Shown here piece by piece: positions 38,746 to 51,247 of a DNA stretch of 64,000 bases. Source of the DNA: Leucoraja ocellata (taxonomy: Eukaryota); NCBI GenBank assembly GCA_036785375.1, contig JAWMAR010000416.1, positions 930,001-994,000 on the forward strand, given 5' to 3'. Below the pieces are notes generated by a model. It worked only from the letters and a program-made list of their open reading frames with translations. It was not told where the DNA came from and searched no databases. Within the stretch, counting starts at the first letter, position 1. Each line of letters begins with the position of its first letter. Position numbers and translations under genes: made by a program.

Positions 38746-41079
38746 TAACATCTTGTACAACTAACATAACATCCTAACTTCTATACCATAGCCAGACTGA
38801 TGAAAGCCTTCTTGACCACCCTACCTAGCAGTGATGCCACTTTCAAGGAATTATGTACCTCCCCTGCTAGATACCACTGCTCTACAACACTCCCCAGAGA
38901 ACCTGCCATTCATTGTGAAGGTACTGTCCTGGTTCGACTACCTAAAATGCAACTCCTTACACCAATATGCATTAAAATCCATTAACCATTCCTCAGCCCA
39001 CTTGCCCAACTGAACAGGTTGTGGATGCAAGCATCATTGTAGAAGATAGTATATTCTGTTGAGGAAGAACTACTGTCTTTCACCTGAAATCAACCCTGAC
39101 TGCTTTTTCACGTGGATGTAAGTGATCTCACTGTATAATTTAAAGATGAGCTGGGGAGATGTCCTGCAATATTTATTTCTGAACAAATTCCACTCAAGCA
39201 AATTAGCTGGTTATTCATCTCATTGCCCATTGTGAAGTTTTGCTGTATGGAAATTGGTTAGTGAGGTCCAAAATTGCCGCAGTTTTGAGAAAACCATCGA
39301 ATAGTCCCTCAACTCCATTATCCATTTTTTTCTCCATTATCCTACAGTTCTCCTTACCTTTTTATCCAACTACCTTTTCATACTATTGAATCAGTTTCTA
39401 ATTTCCATTGTAAATGATATAAACTCGAAGACAAAAGAGACTGCAGATGCTGCCTGTAACAAAAATCTGAACATTGGAAGTATTCAGCAAGGAAAACAGC
39501 GTCACTGAAGATAAGCGGTGTACGATGGTATTATCAGTTGAAACCCTGCATTCAGGACTCAAGGATAGAGGAAGGATTTGCAGTATTCAGCAGAATGGGT
39601 GGTGTAGGAATAAAAGCTGATAGTTGGAGCCAGGTGAGCAGGGGACGATGGGCAAATGGAACTAGGTGGGGGAAGGGAATAGAAAAAGTGAACAACAGCA
39701 GCGTAAAAATACAAGGACAGGTGTGTAGGAAGGAACTGCAGATGCTGGTTTATACTGAAGATAGACACAAACTGCTGGAGTAACTCAGTGGGACATCGCC
39801 CATTCCTTCTCTCTGGAGATGCTGCCTGTCCCACTGAGGTACTTCGGCATTTTGTGTCTATATGAGGACAGGTGAATGTGTACGGGAGGAGATCACTGTA
39901 GGTATGGGTTACCTGAAAGTTTATAGCACTTTAAGACATTTCCTATGTCCATTCCGGCTCTTTTAGCAATCATTTAAAAAAAACAAATCTTACTTTGCGA
40001 TATCCTAATAGACAATAGACAATAAATAGACAAGAGTAGGCCATTTGGCCCTTTGAGCCAGCACCGCCATTCAATGTGATCAAGGTTGATCATCCACAAT
40101 CAGTACCCCGTTCCTGCCTTCTCTCCATATCCCTTAACTCCGCTATCCCTAAGAGCTCTATCTAACTCCCTCTTGAAAGCAGAAAATTCCACACACTCAC
40201 AACTCTCTGTGTGAAAAAGTGTTTCTAAATGGAGATGAGGACATTTTCATTGTGAAATCTCCTAACACAAGTATAATTTTATTACACTTGTGTTAGAAGA
40301 TTTCAACTCTAACTTAGGGTATTTGAAACAAATATGGAAATAAATATTTAATTCCGCAATATGATTGCCCTAACCTTTACAATCACAACAATATGTTGTG
40401 TTTGAGATTTCAGCATGCCATATCCTTTCTCTAATATTACCATTATCAATGCTTTTGTAGCGGCACCTGCTGGTGCTCGCAGGTAATCGAACCCTGTGGT
40501 CGGGGGCTTTGGACATGTAACACTGGGGAGGTGTTGCGTTTCGCGCGCTTTCTGTGCGATGCCCCTTCAGTCGCTCTAGACAACTGTTGTGGCTGAATCA
40601 GTTTTTTGGTTGTGTTGAGACACTTTGTCAGTTTACTCGTTTCGTTAATGAAACTCGTTTGAAGAATCAACTCTCGTCTCATCCGCCAAACGTTCATTAT
40701 TTTCTGCCTCTACTATCCTCACAGAAATTGCTTGGTACAATTTGTATCAGAAGGAATGATATTCTGCGTGTTTGCTGCTTTCCGCTGATTGGGAAATCAG
40801 GATCTTAGTTTAGGTCAGTAGTTTATTGTCACGTGTACCAAGGTACAGTGAAAAGCTTTTGTTGCGTGCTATCCAGTCAACAGAAAGACAATACTTGATT
40901 ACAATTGAGCCATTTACAAAGTATAGACACATGATAAGGGAATTACTTTTAGTGCATGGTAAAGCCAGCAAAGTCTGATCAAAGATAATCCGAGGGTCGC
41001 CGATGAGGTAAAACGTACGTCAGGACTGCTCCCTATCAGCGGTAAAATTGTTCAGTTGCCTGATCCTACCGCAACCAAC

Positions 41080-41825
41080 ATCAATATTTATTACATGTCA
41101 TTTGAACCTCAGTGAGGCTCAAACGAAACTCCGTTTCCACAGCCATACAAGCAAAGACAATTTCCTACAGACATACACACAATTCAATTTACAAAAACAT
41201 CCATCACAGTGAACCCACTGTGATGGAAAGCAAAGTCTTTTCTCTTCCCTGTTCTCATTTCTCTCCCGATGTCGAAGCCCCAGGCGGGCGATGATAAGTC
41301 CCACGGCCATTTTTAGGCCGCGCGGATCGATGTACGATGTACGGCCCCGCTCCCGGTCTAAATGTCACGAAGTTGGAGCCCCTGGTGGGCGCTGGACTGT
41401 CCCATGGCCATGAAGCCACACCGGGTGATGTACGGCCCCGCTCCGGGTCGTTCCAACCCCGCGAATCGGGCTAGAGAAGTCGCATTGCAGGAGCTCCGGA
41501 AAGCGGTCTCTTCACCCGGACCCGCGAGCTCCCGATGTCCCGACAGTCCACCGGACCTGCGGCTGCAGCTGGAGCCTCCGAGCTACGTGGTCGGGTCGCA
41601 GCAGCGAGTCACCACCGCTCCCCACGCTCCGATGCCGGCCAGGTCTCCCGTACAGGAAAGGGATTTTTACAAAGTTTCCCTCTTCCTCCTCCCCCCCCGC
41701 CCCCCACATATACACAGTCAAAAACACTATTAAAAAATACATTTAACTACATTTAACTAGACAAAAAATTAAAAAAAGACAGACAGGCTGTAGGGGCCGC
41801 TGCAACAGTGAGTCGCGCCACCAAC
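41080..41825 (-). mobile_element. GC-rich non-coding retroposon with Rex-like 3' tail
   Basis: Minus strand ends TTTCGTTTGAGCCTCACTGAGGTTCAAATGACATGTAATAAA. Its 5' part resembles 50370-50560. Confidence 0.5.
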
Positions 41826-42019
41826 AGGTCATATGTAACCAGAGAGCAGTCCTGATCTACTTTCTACCTCATTGGGGACCCTCAGACCCACGGACACTCT
41901 CATGGTTTAAAAAAATATAGAAAATTTAGAAAATAAAATCTGTTCTCAGAAAGGATTTTTTTTTTTTAATATAAAGTTCTAATAAATCCAGTTATTTTAT
42001 GAGCTGGATTAGTCATGGA

Positions 42020-42632
42020 AACATAGTAACATAGAAATTAGGTGCAGGAGTAGGCCATTCGGCCCTTCGAGCCTGCACCGCCATTCAATATGATCATGGC
42101 TGATCATCCAACTCAGTATCCTGTTCCTGCCTTCTCTCCATACCCCCTGATCCTTTAGCCGCAAGGGCCACATCTAACTCCCTCTTAAATATAGCCAATG
42201 AACTGGCCTCAACTACCTTCTGTGGCAGAGAATTCCAGAGATTCACCACTCTCTGTGTGAAAAATGTTTTTCTCATCTCGGTCCTAAAAGATTTCCCCCT
42301 TATCCTTAAACTGTGACGCCTTGCTCTGGACTTCCCCAACATCGGGAACAATCTTCCTGCATCTAGCCTGTCCAACCCCTTATGAATTTTGTAAGTTTCT
42401 ATAAGATCCCCCCTCAGTATTCTAAATTCCAGCGAGTACAAGCCGAGTCTATCCAGTCTTTCTTCATATGAAAGTTCTGACATCCCAGGAATCAGTCTGG
42501 TGAACCTTCTCTGTACTCCCTCTATGGCAAGAATGTATTTTCGCAGATTAGACCAAAACTGTACGCAATACTCCAGGTGTGGTCTCACCAAGGCCCTGTA
42601 CAACTGCAGTAGAACCTCCCTGCTCCTATACA
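42020..42632 (-). mobile_element. Young CR1 LINE 3' fragment
   Basis: Open ORF 42094..42654 (YRALVRPHLEYCVQFW…QRVVNLWNSLP); tail (TTTCTATG)n. Confidence 0.92.
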
Positions 42633-42689
42633 CAAGGAATATCTCCTTGGTCACTGAAAGATTTCATTTCTTCCATAAATGTCTTTATT

Positions 42690-43010
42690 TTAGTTTAGTT
42701 TAGTTTAGAGATACAGCGCAGAAACAGGCCCTTCAACCCATCGAGTCCGCACCAACCAACGATACCCACACACCAACACTATCCGACATACACTAAAGAT
42801 AATTTAATTTTTTTTATACCAAGCCCGTTAATCTACAAACCTCTACATCTTTGGAGTGTGGGAGGAAACCGAAGATCTCAGAGAAAACCCACGCGGTCAC
42901 AGGGAGAACGTACAAACTCCGTACAGACAGCACCCGTAGGCAGGATCGAACCCAGGTTTCTGGCGCTGTAAGTACTGTAAGGCAGCAACTCTACCGCTGA
43001 GCCACCGTGC
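42690..43010 (-). mobile_element. V-SINE (HE1-like), near full length
   Basis: tRNA head, V-domain and (TAAAC)n tail. Confidence 0.85.
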
Positions 43011-43252
43011 TGTGTATGCTTCAACATTGATGTCTCCAGGTGATCAGGGCAAGATAAGTTACCTGGTTACCCAAGTTACCATAAAATGAAGAGCAGTGTG
43101 TGCTGTAGAGAGCTGGCACACTGCATTATCATTTAAACACAAAGTATATGAAATAGGTACAACAGGCAAGATAATAAGAAACTTGCAATATGGTATTTAA
43201 AATCACGGACTTAAAAGTGATGCCGGATTAAAGGTATAGGTATTATTTCACA

Positions 43253-43568
43253 GGCGGCACACTGGCACAGCGGTAGAGTTACTGCCTTACAGCGAATGCA
43301 GCACTGGAGACCGTGTTCGATCCCGACTACGAGTGCTGTCTGTACGGAGTTTGTACGTTCTCCCTGTAACCTGTGTGGGTTTTCTCCGAGATCTTCGGTT
43401 TCCTCCCACTCTCAAAGGTGTACAGGTTTGTAGGTTAATTGGCTTAGTAAATGTAAATATTGCCCCTAGTGGGTGTAGGATAGTGTTAATGTGCGAGGAT
43501 TGCTGTTCGGCACGGACCCGGTGGGCCGAAGGGCCTGTTTCCGCTCTGTATCTCTAAAGTAAACTAAA
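43253..43568 (+). mobile_element. V-SINE (HE1-like), near full length
   Basis: GGCGGCAC…TGGCACAGCGG (A box), GTTCGATCCC (B box), GGAGTTTGTACGTTCTCCC…GTTTCCTCCCAC (V domain) and GGGCCGAAGGGCCTGTTTCC tail. Other copies lie at ~12480, 13517, 14950, 34380, 36865, 37415 and 45820. Confidence 0.88.
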
Positions 43569-45110
43569 GGTAAATAGAATGGTTATGTAGGTGTCACATA
43601 CAGCACATAATTCTCTGACATTTTCGCCACCTCCATCGGCAAGCCACATCTTCCCATCTCCACGCCTTTCCGCTGTTCGTGGAGACTGTTCCCTCAGCAA
43701 CTCCATGGTTAACTGAATGCATTACCTTTTGAGTTAATGAAAGCTATTAGAATCATCACCAGCTGTTATTTTTTAACATCTATGTGAAAATCCAAGTTAA
43801 ATAACTTGCCAACATTGCTGTACTTTCATTTCAACATGCATCACTAAACTAAACTACCACCACAATAACAACGGGCTTATCTCAATTGAATTACCACAGT
43901 AGCAGAGATCTCAGTCAGGTTTATGACCTAAGTCGAGCCTCCTGTTAAGTCAAATTCTTATTTCTTATATCACTACTTGATACTTTGCCCCACTTTAAAT
44001 TTATATTATCTGGTTAAGAACCCCTTGGCTATCGAAAATATCAAAACCCCATTAAACCTCAGCATTTAACCGCTTTGTTAAGTTTCATTTTAGCCTTCTT
44101 TATTTGAAGGGGTTCAAGTCATCACCTCCAGCTGAGGCATGCATAGCTGCATAATACCTTGCAAAATTATTCCCTCTTCTGAATATATCTTCTGTGTCTT
44201 TTGTAACGCAGTCTATCAAGAATGTTCAGGCCTGCGACATTTGGTTCCTTTCATCATTTTTATGTTATTTTCTGGCACCATCACAAGTTAGTATGGAGCT
44301 AGCATCAGCTTTCTCCTTCCTTCATGGTCTGATGCTCCTCATTCATCCAAATAATACTGTTCGATCTTCTAAATGGCAGTTTGACAGCAGGACTTCTAAC
44401 TCAGCAAGTGGCCACACCCTGTAATCCCATCATCATTTACTTGAAGAAGTTGGGCGAGTTGGGCCAAAAGGCCTGTTTCTATGCTGTACAACATAATTGT
44501 TAATCTGTTTAGTCTTTGGTCTTTGAAACCAAATTAAACAAAATCTTCTGTGTACTATATTTGAGTGGGAACCACTAATTATCTGTACAACAAAAGATAG
44601 ACTTTTGTGATTCTCATCCAAAAGCACATTTTATAATCAATTGAATTCATTTGAAATGTAATTACAGTTGTCCTCCCTGGAAAAGTGCCCCCAATTTGTC
44701 CAAGGCAGATTCGCACCAACAGTATATAGATAAATGTTACCTGGACATCAGAAATAACTCTCACCTCTTCCTTCAAATGGTGTTGTGTGACTTTTAACTT
44801 CCAACCGAGAGTAAAGATAGGGCCAAACATTTTTCCATCAGTCTGAACTGAGGCAACAGATCAGATTTTTATGCTCAAGTCTCAGGAGTGCTACTTGAAC
44901 TCGGGACCTTCAGGAGAGCAAGACTACTTCCAAATCAGGCACAACAGGCACTTGAAGTAAATGTTAATGTTTATTTCAATGGAAAAGTACCTGAACTGGA
45001 GCAGCACAATATCTTTACAGGGAGAATCACCTTCTGTTTCAGTTTCAGTTTAGTTTATTGTCACCGTGGTACAGTGAAAATCATTTGATGCCTGCTAACC
45101 AGTCCACCTA

Positions 45111-45629
45111 AGCCCCTGTCCCACTTTCACTACCTAATTGGCGACCTCTGCCGAGTTTGCCCTGGATTCATACTCACAGCATGGTCACCGTGAGGTCGTA
45201 GGAGGTTTCCTCCTCATGCTCGTGAGTGGACACTGCGTACTCGTGGCCTCAAATAGGTTGCGGCGTTTCTTCCAGCCTGATAAAAAATGTCCACGAGTAA
45301 AAAGAGGTCGCCATGGAAAAAATCAATACTTTTTACTCGTAGGTAGGTCGCAGGTAGGTCATAGTAGGTCATGATGCTAGTCGTAGGTAGTCTTAAGTAG
45401 TCGTAGGTGGTCGTAGGTAACTGGCCCTTGAGAAAAAAAATGTGGGTAGAAAAAAAAGGTGAAGTAAACATCAGCATGTGACCTCTGTCACTCCAGGTCG
45501 TAGACACAGTCGTAGAAGGTGGTAGGAGGTCTTTTACTTTGGTGAGTCAGCACAACCTTGACAATTTTTTAAACTCGTTTTAAGGTCTTCTAAACTCGTG
45601 GATTAGGTCGTCCAACTGGGACAGGCCCT
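45111..45629. mobile_element. PIF/Harbinger-type MITE 5
   Basis: AGCCCCTGTCCCA…TGGGACAGGCCCT; flanks CTA/TTA; internal (GTAG/GTCGTAG) repeats. Confidence 0.7.
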
Positions 45630-47304
45630 TTAGTCCACAGGGTGAGGAGGTTTAAAAAAGCCGGGTAGTGAGGTGGGAACCAGAGCAGTTGGTCAGGAAA
45701 TAGAGGGATTGAGGGGAAGGTAGGGATTAGAGCAAGTAAGGACAGGCAGGGCCAAGTCAGTGAACATGGTGGAACTGGTTTCTGAAGTGTCCATATCTCA
45801 ATGGAAGGAGTATGAAAATCAGTGTAGGTTAATTGGCTGCTACAAATTGCCCCTAGTGTGTAGGGAGTGGATGCAAGAGTGGAATGGAACTGTGCAAACA
45901 GGCGATCGATGGTCGGCATGGTTTCAGTGGGCTGAAGGGCTTGTTTCCATGCTGTACCTCTAAACTAAACAGTGATGTCAAAAAGTGTAACAAAGAATGA
46001 TGACTGTGCCAGAGATTTCTTTCTGCTTCTTCCCTTCACTTTCACATTCTAGGCTAACTGATTTAAGGGGACACAATAAAAAAAACAATTGGATTCTGGA
46101 AGCGGGTCCTGGAGTAGCAGATTGGAGTGGTAGTCTCGGAAAATCATGATTGCTTCTGAACTTTCCAGTTCAAGAAATTACTAACAAATAGATCGTCAGT
46201 GGTAACAGTTGATTATAATATCTTATATCAAGGATTAAAAATATATGAGGGAATCATCCACGCATCTTGTTACACTGTAGCTGTGAATAAAACATGCTAG
46301 CAGTGACATTCTACACTTCCTAGTAGGTATATTAATGTTAGAGTAAGAATATGGAGTACCATAGATGTTGTTAAGTGGTGGCTGTGAATTCTAGTATCAT
46401 AAATCAATTATCTTCAGTTCAATTAACCAAATTGCACGTGTTTGCTGTGCACTTTGCCATTTTTATGCTCTTTGGTGGATAAATAAGAAATAGTGAACAC
46501 ATGAAGTATAATGCCTGACCTTTCGCATTTGTTTCTCTTAAGTGGTTTTGCTGGAAAAGTGCAGGCGCGTTCATGCTCAATTACATTTAGCAACATCATC
46601 TAAAAGGATTAAGTCTGGGTTTGTTACAAAATGTACTCAAGTTAGCTTTAGGATATATTTAAGGCACAGATCGTTTGGATTTACATCCTGTAATATACAG
46701 GTCAGAATGCTCAAATGCCCCCAAAAGGATTACCAATTAAGCTGGTAATCTTCTCAGTTATCAGTAATTACATGATGGAAAGTGGGTTTAATCATCTCTC
46801 CAAGCTGCCTAATAACAAATTTGTGTCCCTTTACAGTTTCTGCAATTTTTCAAAAATTATGTGGTTTGTTTAGGAGATGATAACGATTTAAAACTTACAG
46901 CCATATTAATATTGTTTTGTTTTGCAAGAGGTTTCCACGTGCTCGGTTGAACTCTGGAGGAAACAAGTACTGTGGATGAATGGGATGCATTTACATTAGG
47001 GAAAGTTCATTTTCCATTGTAAAATTCATGCCAATGCACTGGTTTGGATATTGGGTTCCGGAAATTTTAGTCATCTGCTTATGCAAATTCTTTATATGGA
47101 ATCAAAGGCGTCCCATATAAAAACCTTGAAGTAAAATTGAGAGTACTTGGAAAAACAGACCATTTAGAACTAGAAGTGATTTCGTAGTTCATATAGAATA
47201 TTGATTACGAGTAGGTTTCACCAACTAGGACAAGGCTGTACTTAATAGATTCATTGAGCCGATCACATCCATGCTGACATAGTAATCATATCCACCATCT
47301 ATAG

Positions 47305-47461
47305 GAGGGGTGTCAAACACGTGGCCCGTGTGATGATTTCCCCGATGCCAGAGAGGGCTGCAGCTGTCCGCGGTGCCGGATCAGACTGCGTTTGCGCATG
47401 CGCGGCAGTGGTCGAATTTGCCCGTGACTTAAAACGAGTTAAAATTAGTTTGACATCCCTG
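47305..47461. mobile_element. hAT-Charlie-type MITE
   Basis: TIR (G)AGGGGTGTCAAAC / GTTTGACATCCCTG; perfect 8-bp TSD ATCTATAG at 47297-47304 and 47462-47469. Confidence 0.88.
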
Positions 47462-48566
47462 ATCTATAGCCTGCAATTGATCATCGTAGCATAACTGTAT
47501 GCTATGCATAACTGAGCAAGAAAGTTCCAGAATGTGAGACTCTTTGTGTGCTGATCCCAGAGGGGTCTACTATCACTAGATATAATTGCCCTATTCTTTT
47601 AAATCTCTTTTCCACTTATAAATCTAATGCCATTTCTAGCTGAACTAACAATATTCTCTTTAATTGGCTGTCAGATTTGGCAATCTTACAATTTCCTTCC
47701 AAGATCGATGCGTTACTGGATCTGTGTGGGCCTGGCCCTACTGTGACCAGCAAGACCTGTCACCTCTCTGGAGAGAAGGAATGGGTGATGTCTCGGGTCA
47801 AGACCCTTTTTCTTCCCACTGAGACTCCAGCATTTTACGTCTACCTTTGTGTAAACCAGTATGAACAGCTCCTTCCGAAACAAAACCTGCAGCCTACTGT
47901 TTTTCCTCCAGACATCTCCCACAGCCCTGTCCTTGAGAAGCTGCCAATTGGGAAGGGCAACCAGGCTTAATCGAGTGCAGGCCCTGAACAAGAGGGGTCA
48001 TCAACCCAACTTGGCCCGGCAGAGTGGAGGGACAACCCAATTGGACCACTGGCCCCGATCCCTAGCAGTCATCGACCCCACTCAACCACCAAAGTCTGAC
48101 CCCCAAAGTCAAGAAATCACTGACCTGATCGCACCACAAGCCCAACCAAGTCCGATTCTTGACCTCCTGGAGCACCTGACACTGTAAACCAACATCAAGG
48201 CTTGACCAGGCTGAAGGCCCAACCTCCTGGAGGGCTCAGCGCCTCAACGCAACTCCCGGACCATACCAAGCGCATCCACCTACATCACGGAGCGGTTGGC
48301 TCCCCGCTCCGGCTCCAGCTCCTGGGCCCCACCAGGAACAGCCATCCTCCCAGGGAATAGGGAAGATGCATGGACTGCAGTTGAGGTTACAACAGTGTGA
48401 TTCCAAGTTCCCCCTACTCTCCTAGCATACTGGTGGCAAACATCCAAGCAATTGAAAACACATTGGATGAACTTAAAGCTAGACTTACTTACCCTGGAGA
48501 ACTGAGAGACTACTGTTTACTTTGCTTTACAGAGACATGGATAAGTCACAGGATTTTAAGGTCATA

Positions 48567-49515
48567 CTAGACTAAGTGGAATTGTTGGGTCCCATGTACA
48601 CACAGGAGGACTGGTCCCCCAACGTAATATTCCACCTCTCCATCAATTCCAATATTTCTGGCCAGTCGGGGGGAGGGGGGGGGGGGTTTCTGGAGCGCTA
48701 GTATGACTCTAGTGGGCTGAAGGGACTGGTTTCCATAGGGCTAGTATGGACATTGTGGACGAATGGATTCTTGGGCTGGCAGCTCTGTCACTCAGGGCTG
48801 GTCGGCTGGCAGCAGTCACTCGGGGCTGGTGGGCTCGCAGCTCAGTCACTCAGGGCTGGTGGGCTGGCACTTCAGTCACTCAGGGCTGGTGGGCTGGCAG
48901 CTCAGTCACTCAGGGCTGGTGGGCTGGCAGTTCACTCACGACTATTGAAATTCCATTCCAGGCAAGGTGCAGGCCACCACATTCAATTCAATAGCACTCC
49001 AGGCAGGGTGCATGCCACCACATTCAATTGCACAGCACTCCAGGCAGGGTGCAGGCCACACATTCAATTTCATAGCATTTCAGGCAGAGTGCAGGCCACT
49101 AAATTGCCAAACAACTAATTGCATTGTCATTAAGGATAACAGTTCATTTATTGCAAGTACACTGCAGACTCACAGTTCAGTTGATTCACAGCTTAGAATA
49201 ACAGTCGTGGCCTCTCCATCGCGATCTTGCAGAGTGACTGAATCAAGTCCAGGCATCCGGGGTTTTATAGTCCTGCCCTCCCCGTGACAGGGGCGTTACC
49301 TTCATTGCGGTGATTGACAGGCAATAAGAACAATCAGCTGATCTCAAGGTTTTTTAAACACTCATAATTTTTTTTTTCATTGATGGGAAAAATCCTCGGC
49401 AGAGGAGGACGTGAGTAAGGGCCAAAAATCACAGCGACACAGGGTAGCGTTGTTTCTAAAATCAATATACAGCGCAGACAGGAAGTGGTCAAGATGAGAC
49501 TTTTAATTATATAGA
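48567..49515 (-). mobile_element. Non-autonomous Helitron with 30-bp and ~43-bp internal tandem repeats
   Basis: A|TCTATATAATTAAAAG…TTAGTCTAG|T. Homologous to 34709-35458. GGGCTGGCAGCTCAGTCACTCAGGGCTGGT repeats at 48770-48935. Confidence 0.85.
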
Positions 49516-50364
49516 TGCTAGTAGCAGAATTAGGCCATTCGGCCATTGTCTACTCCACCATTCAATCATGGCCGATCTATGTCTCCCTGCTAACCCCATT
49601 CTCCTGTTCTCCTCATAACCCCCGGCACCCGTACAAATCAAGAATCTATCTATCTCTGCCTTAAAATTATCCATTGACGGCCTCCACAGCTTTCTGTGGC
49701 AATATATTCCACAGATTCACCACCCTCTGACTAAAGGAATTCCTCCTTGTCCTCTTCCTAAAGGAACATCCTTTAATTCTGAGGTTATGACCACTGGTCC
49801 TGGACTCTCCCACTAGTGGAAACAACCTCTGCACAATTACTCTATCTATGGAAACCTTTCACTATTCGGTAAGTTTCAATGAGGTCGACTTTCATCCTTC
49901 TAAACTCCAGCGAGTACAGGCCCAGTGCCGTCAAAGGCTCCTCATATGTTAACTCACTCATTCCTGCGATCATTCTGGTAAACCTCCTCTGGACCCTATC
50001 CAGTCCTGCTTCACCTGACTGTGTCATTCATCCCAAGGGCTTCTCAGTTCGCTGGATGGACAGCACGGCATGGTTGGTCAAGGTAAAGGGTGGAGGGGTC
50101 TGCTTCCTATTTAACTGGAACCTGCTAGAACCTGATATCCTGGCAAACTCCAGCCTGCCAGACAGTGAAGTGTCGTCCTTACATTCTGCCGTGGTAATTC
50201 ACTTGGCCACCCTATGCTGATGCTAAGCTTGCATTTGAGGAACTATACACCATCACCAAAAGCCGTGAAACAAAGTATCCCAAGGCCTTGCTCATAGTAG
50301 TTGGGGACTTCAATTCGGCCAACCTCAATAGCGTGCTAACAAAATACCGCCACTATGTATACTG

Positions 50365-51247
50365 CAGGAGTGGGGCGCCATTGTGTATGGCTGCTCCGCC
50401 TGCAGTCATTCCTTTCACCCTTTTTTATTTTTATTTTTAGTCCTGTTACTTCAAAATGTTTGTTGGAGGTCTTCTTTTATGTGGTGGGTAGGGGGAGGGG
50501 AAGGGGGAAACATTTCCTGGTCCCTACCTGGTCGGAGAGGCGGTTTCCCTCCGAGCTGCTTCTTCGCCCCTTCCTCGTGGCCGACCATCAGACTGTTGCA
50601 GCGTTTCCTGTCGGGATCGGCCGGGACTACAGCTTCGGCGGCGGTGCAGTGCTGGGACACCAACACGGAGTGGGTGATGCCTTACCGGGTCACCGTGCGG
50701 TAAGCTCCGGAGTACTGTGACCGCCGACCAACATCCGAGGAGCTGTGGCTGCGGAGCGTCCAGTCGCGGGTGGCGCTGGATTTAAACACACCGCGGAGCC
50801 TGGGATTCGAGATCACCAGTCGGAGCTCCAACCAGCGCGGTCTGAAGATTTCGGGTGCCGCGGTCTCCGGGGAGGAAGCGGCCGCTCCAGACATTTCCAA
50901 GCCGCCGAGGAGTGTTCACCCCATGCCGGCATTCCAGCTTTCTGGCAAGAGGGCCTGAAAACATCGGACTGGCTGCGGAGGCCACAAATAGGCCCCGACC
51001 TCGGGTGATCACAGAGGGAGAGGACTGAACTTTCTGATGAACGTCCCCCCACAGTGGAAATTTTTTATTCTGTTGTGGGAGGACGTTTGTGTTGAATTAT
51101 ACAATATGTTGGGTCATTTTTCTTAATTTTAATTTTTCTATGGATGTATGAAAGCTTAATTAATTTTTTTTTCTATGTAAAGCACTTTGGTCTCAACGCG
51201 AGTTGATTTAAACGTGCTATATAAATAAATTTTACTTACTTACTTAC
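50365..51247 (+). mobile_element. GC-rich non-coding retroposon with L2-type 3' tail
   Basis: Ends TGTAAAGCACTTTGG…GTGCTATATAAATAAA(TTAC)n, the same tail type as the L2 fragment at 62895-63265. Confidence 0.6.

Noticed and set aside
43253-43335. tRNA gene
   Set aside because: A/B boxes continue into a V-domain and LINE tail, so it is a SINE head. The 52043-52060 tRNA-Leu match is a PBS, not a tRNA gene.
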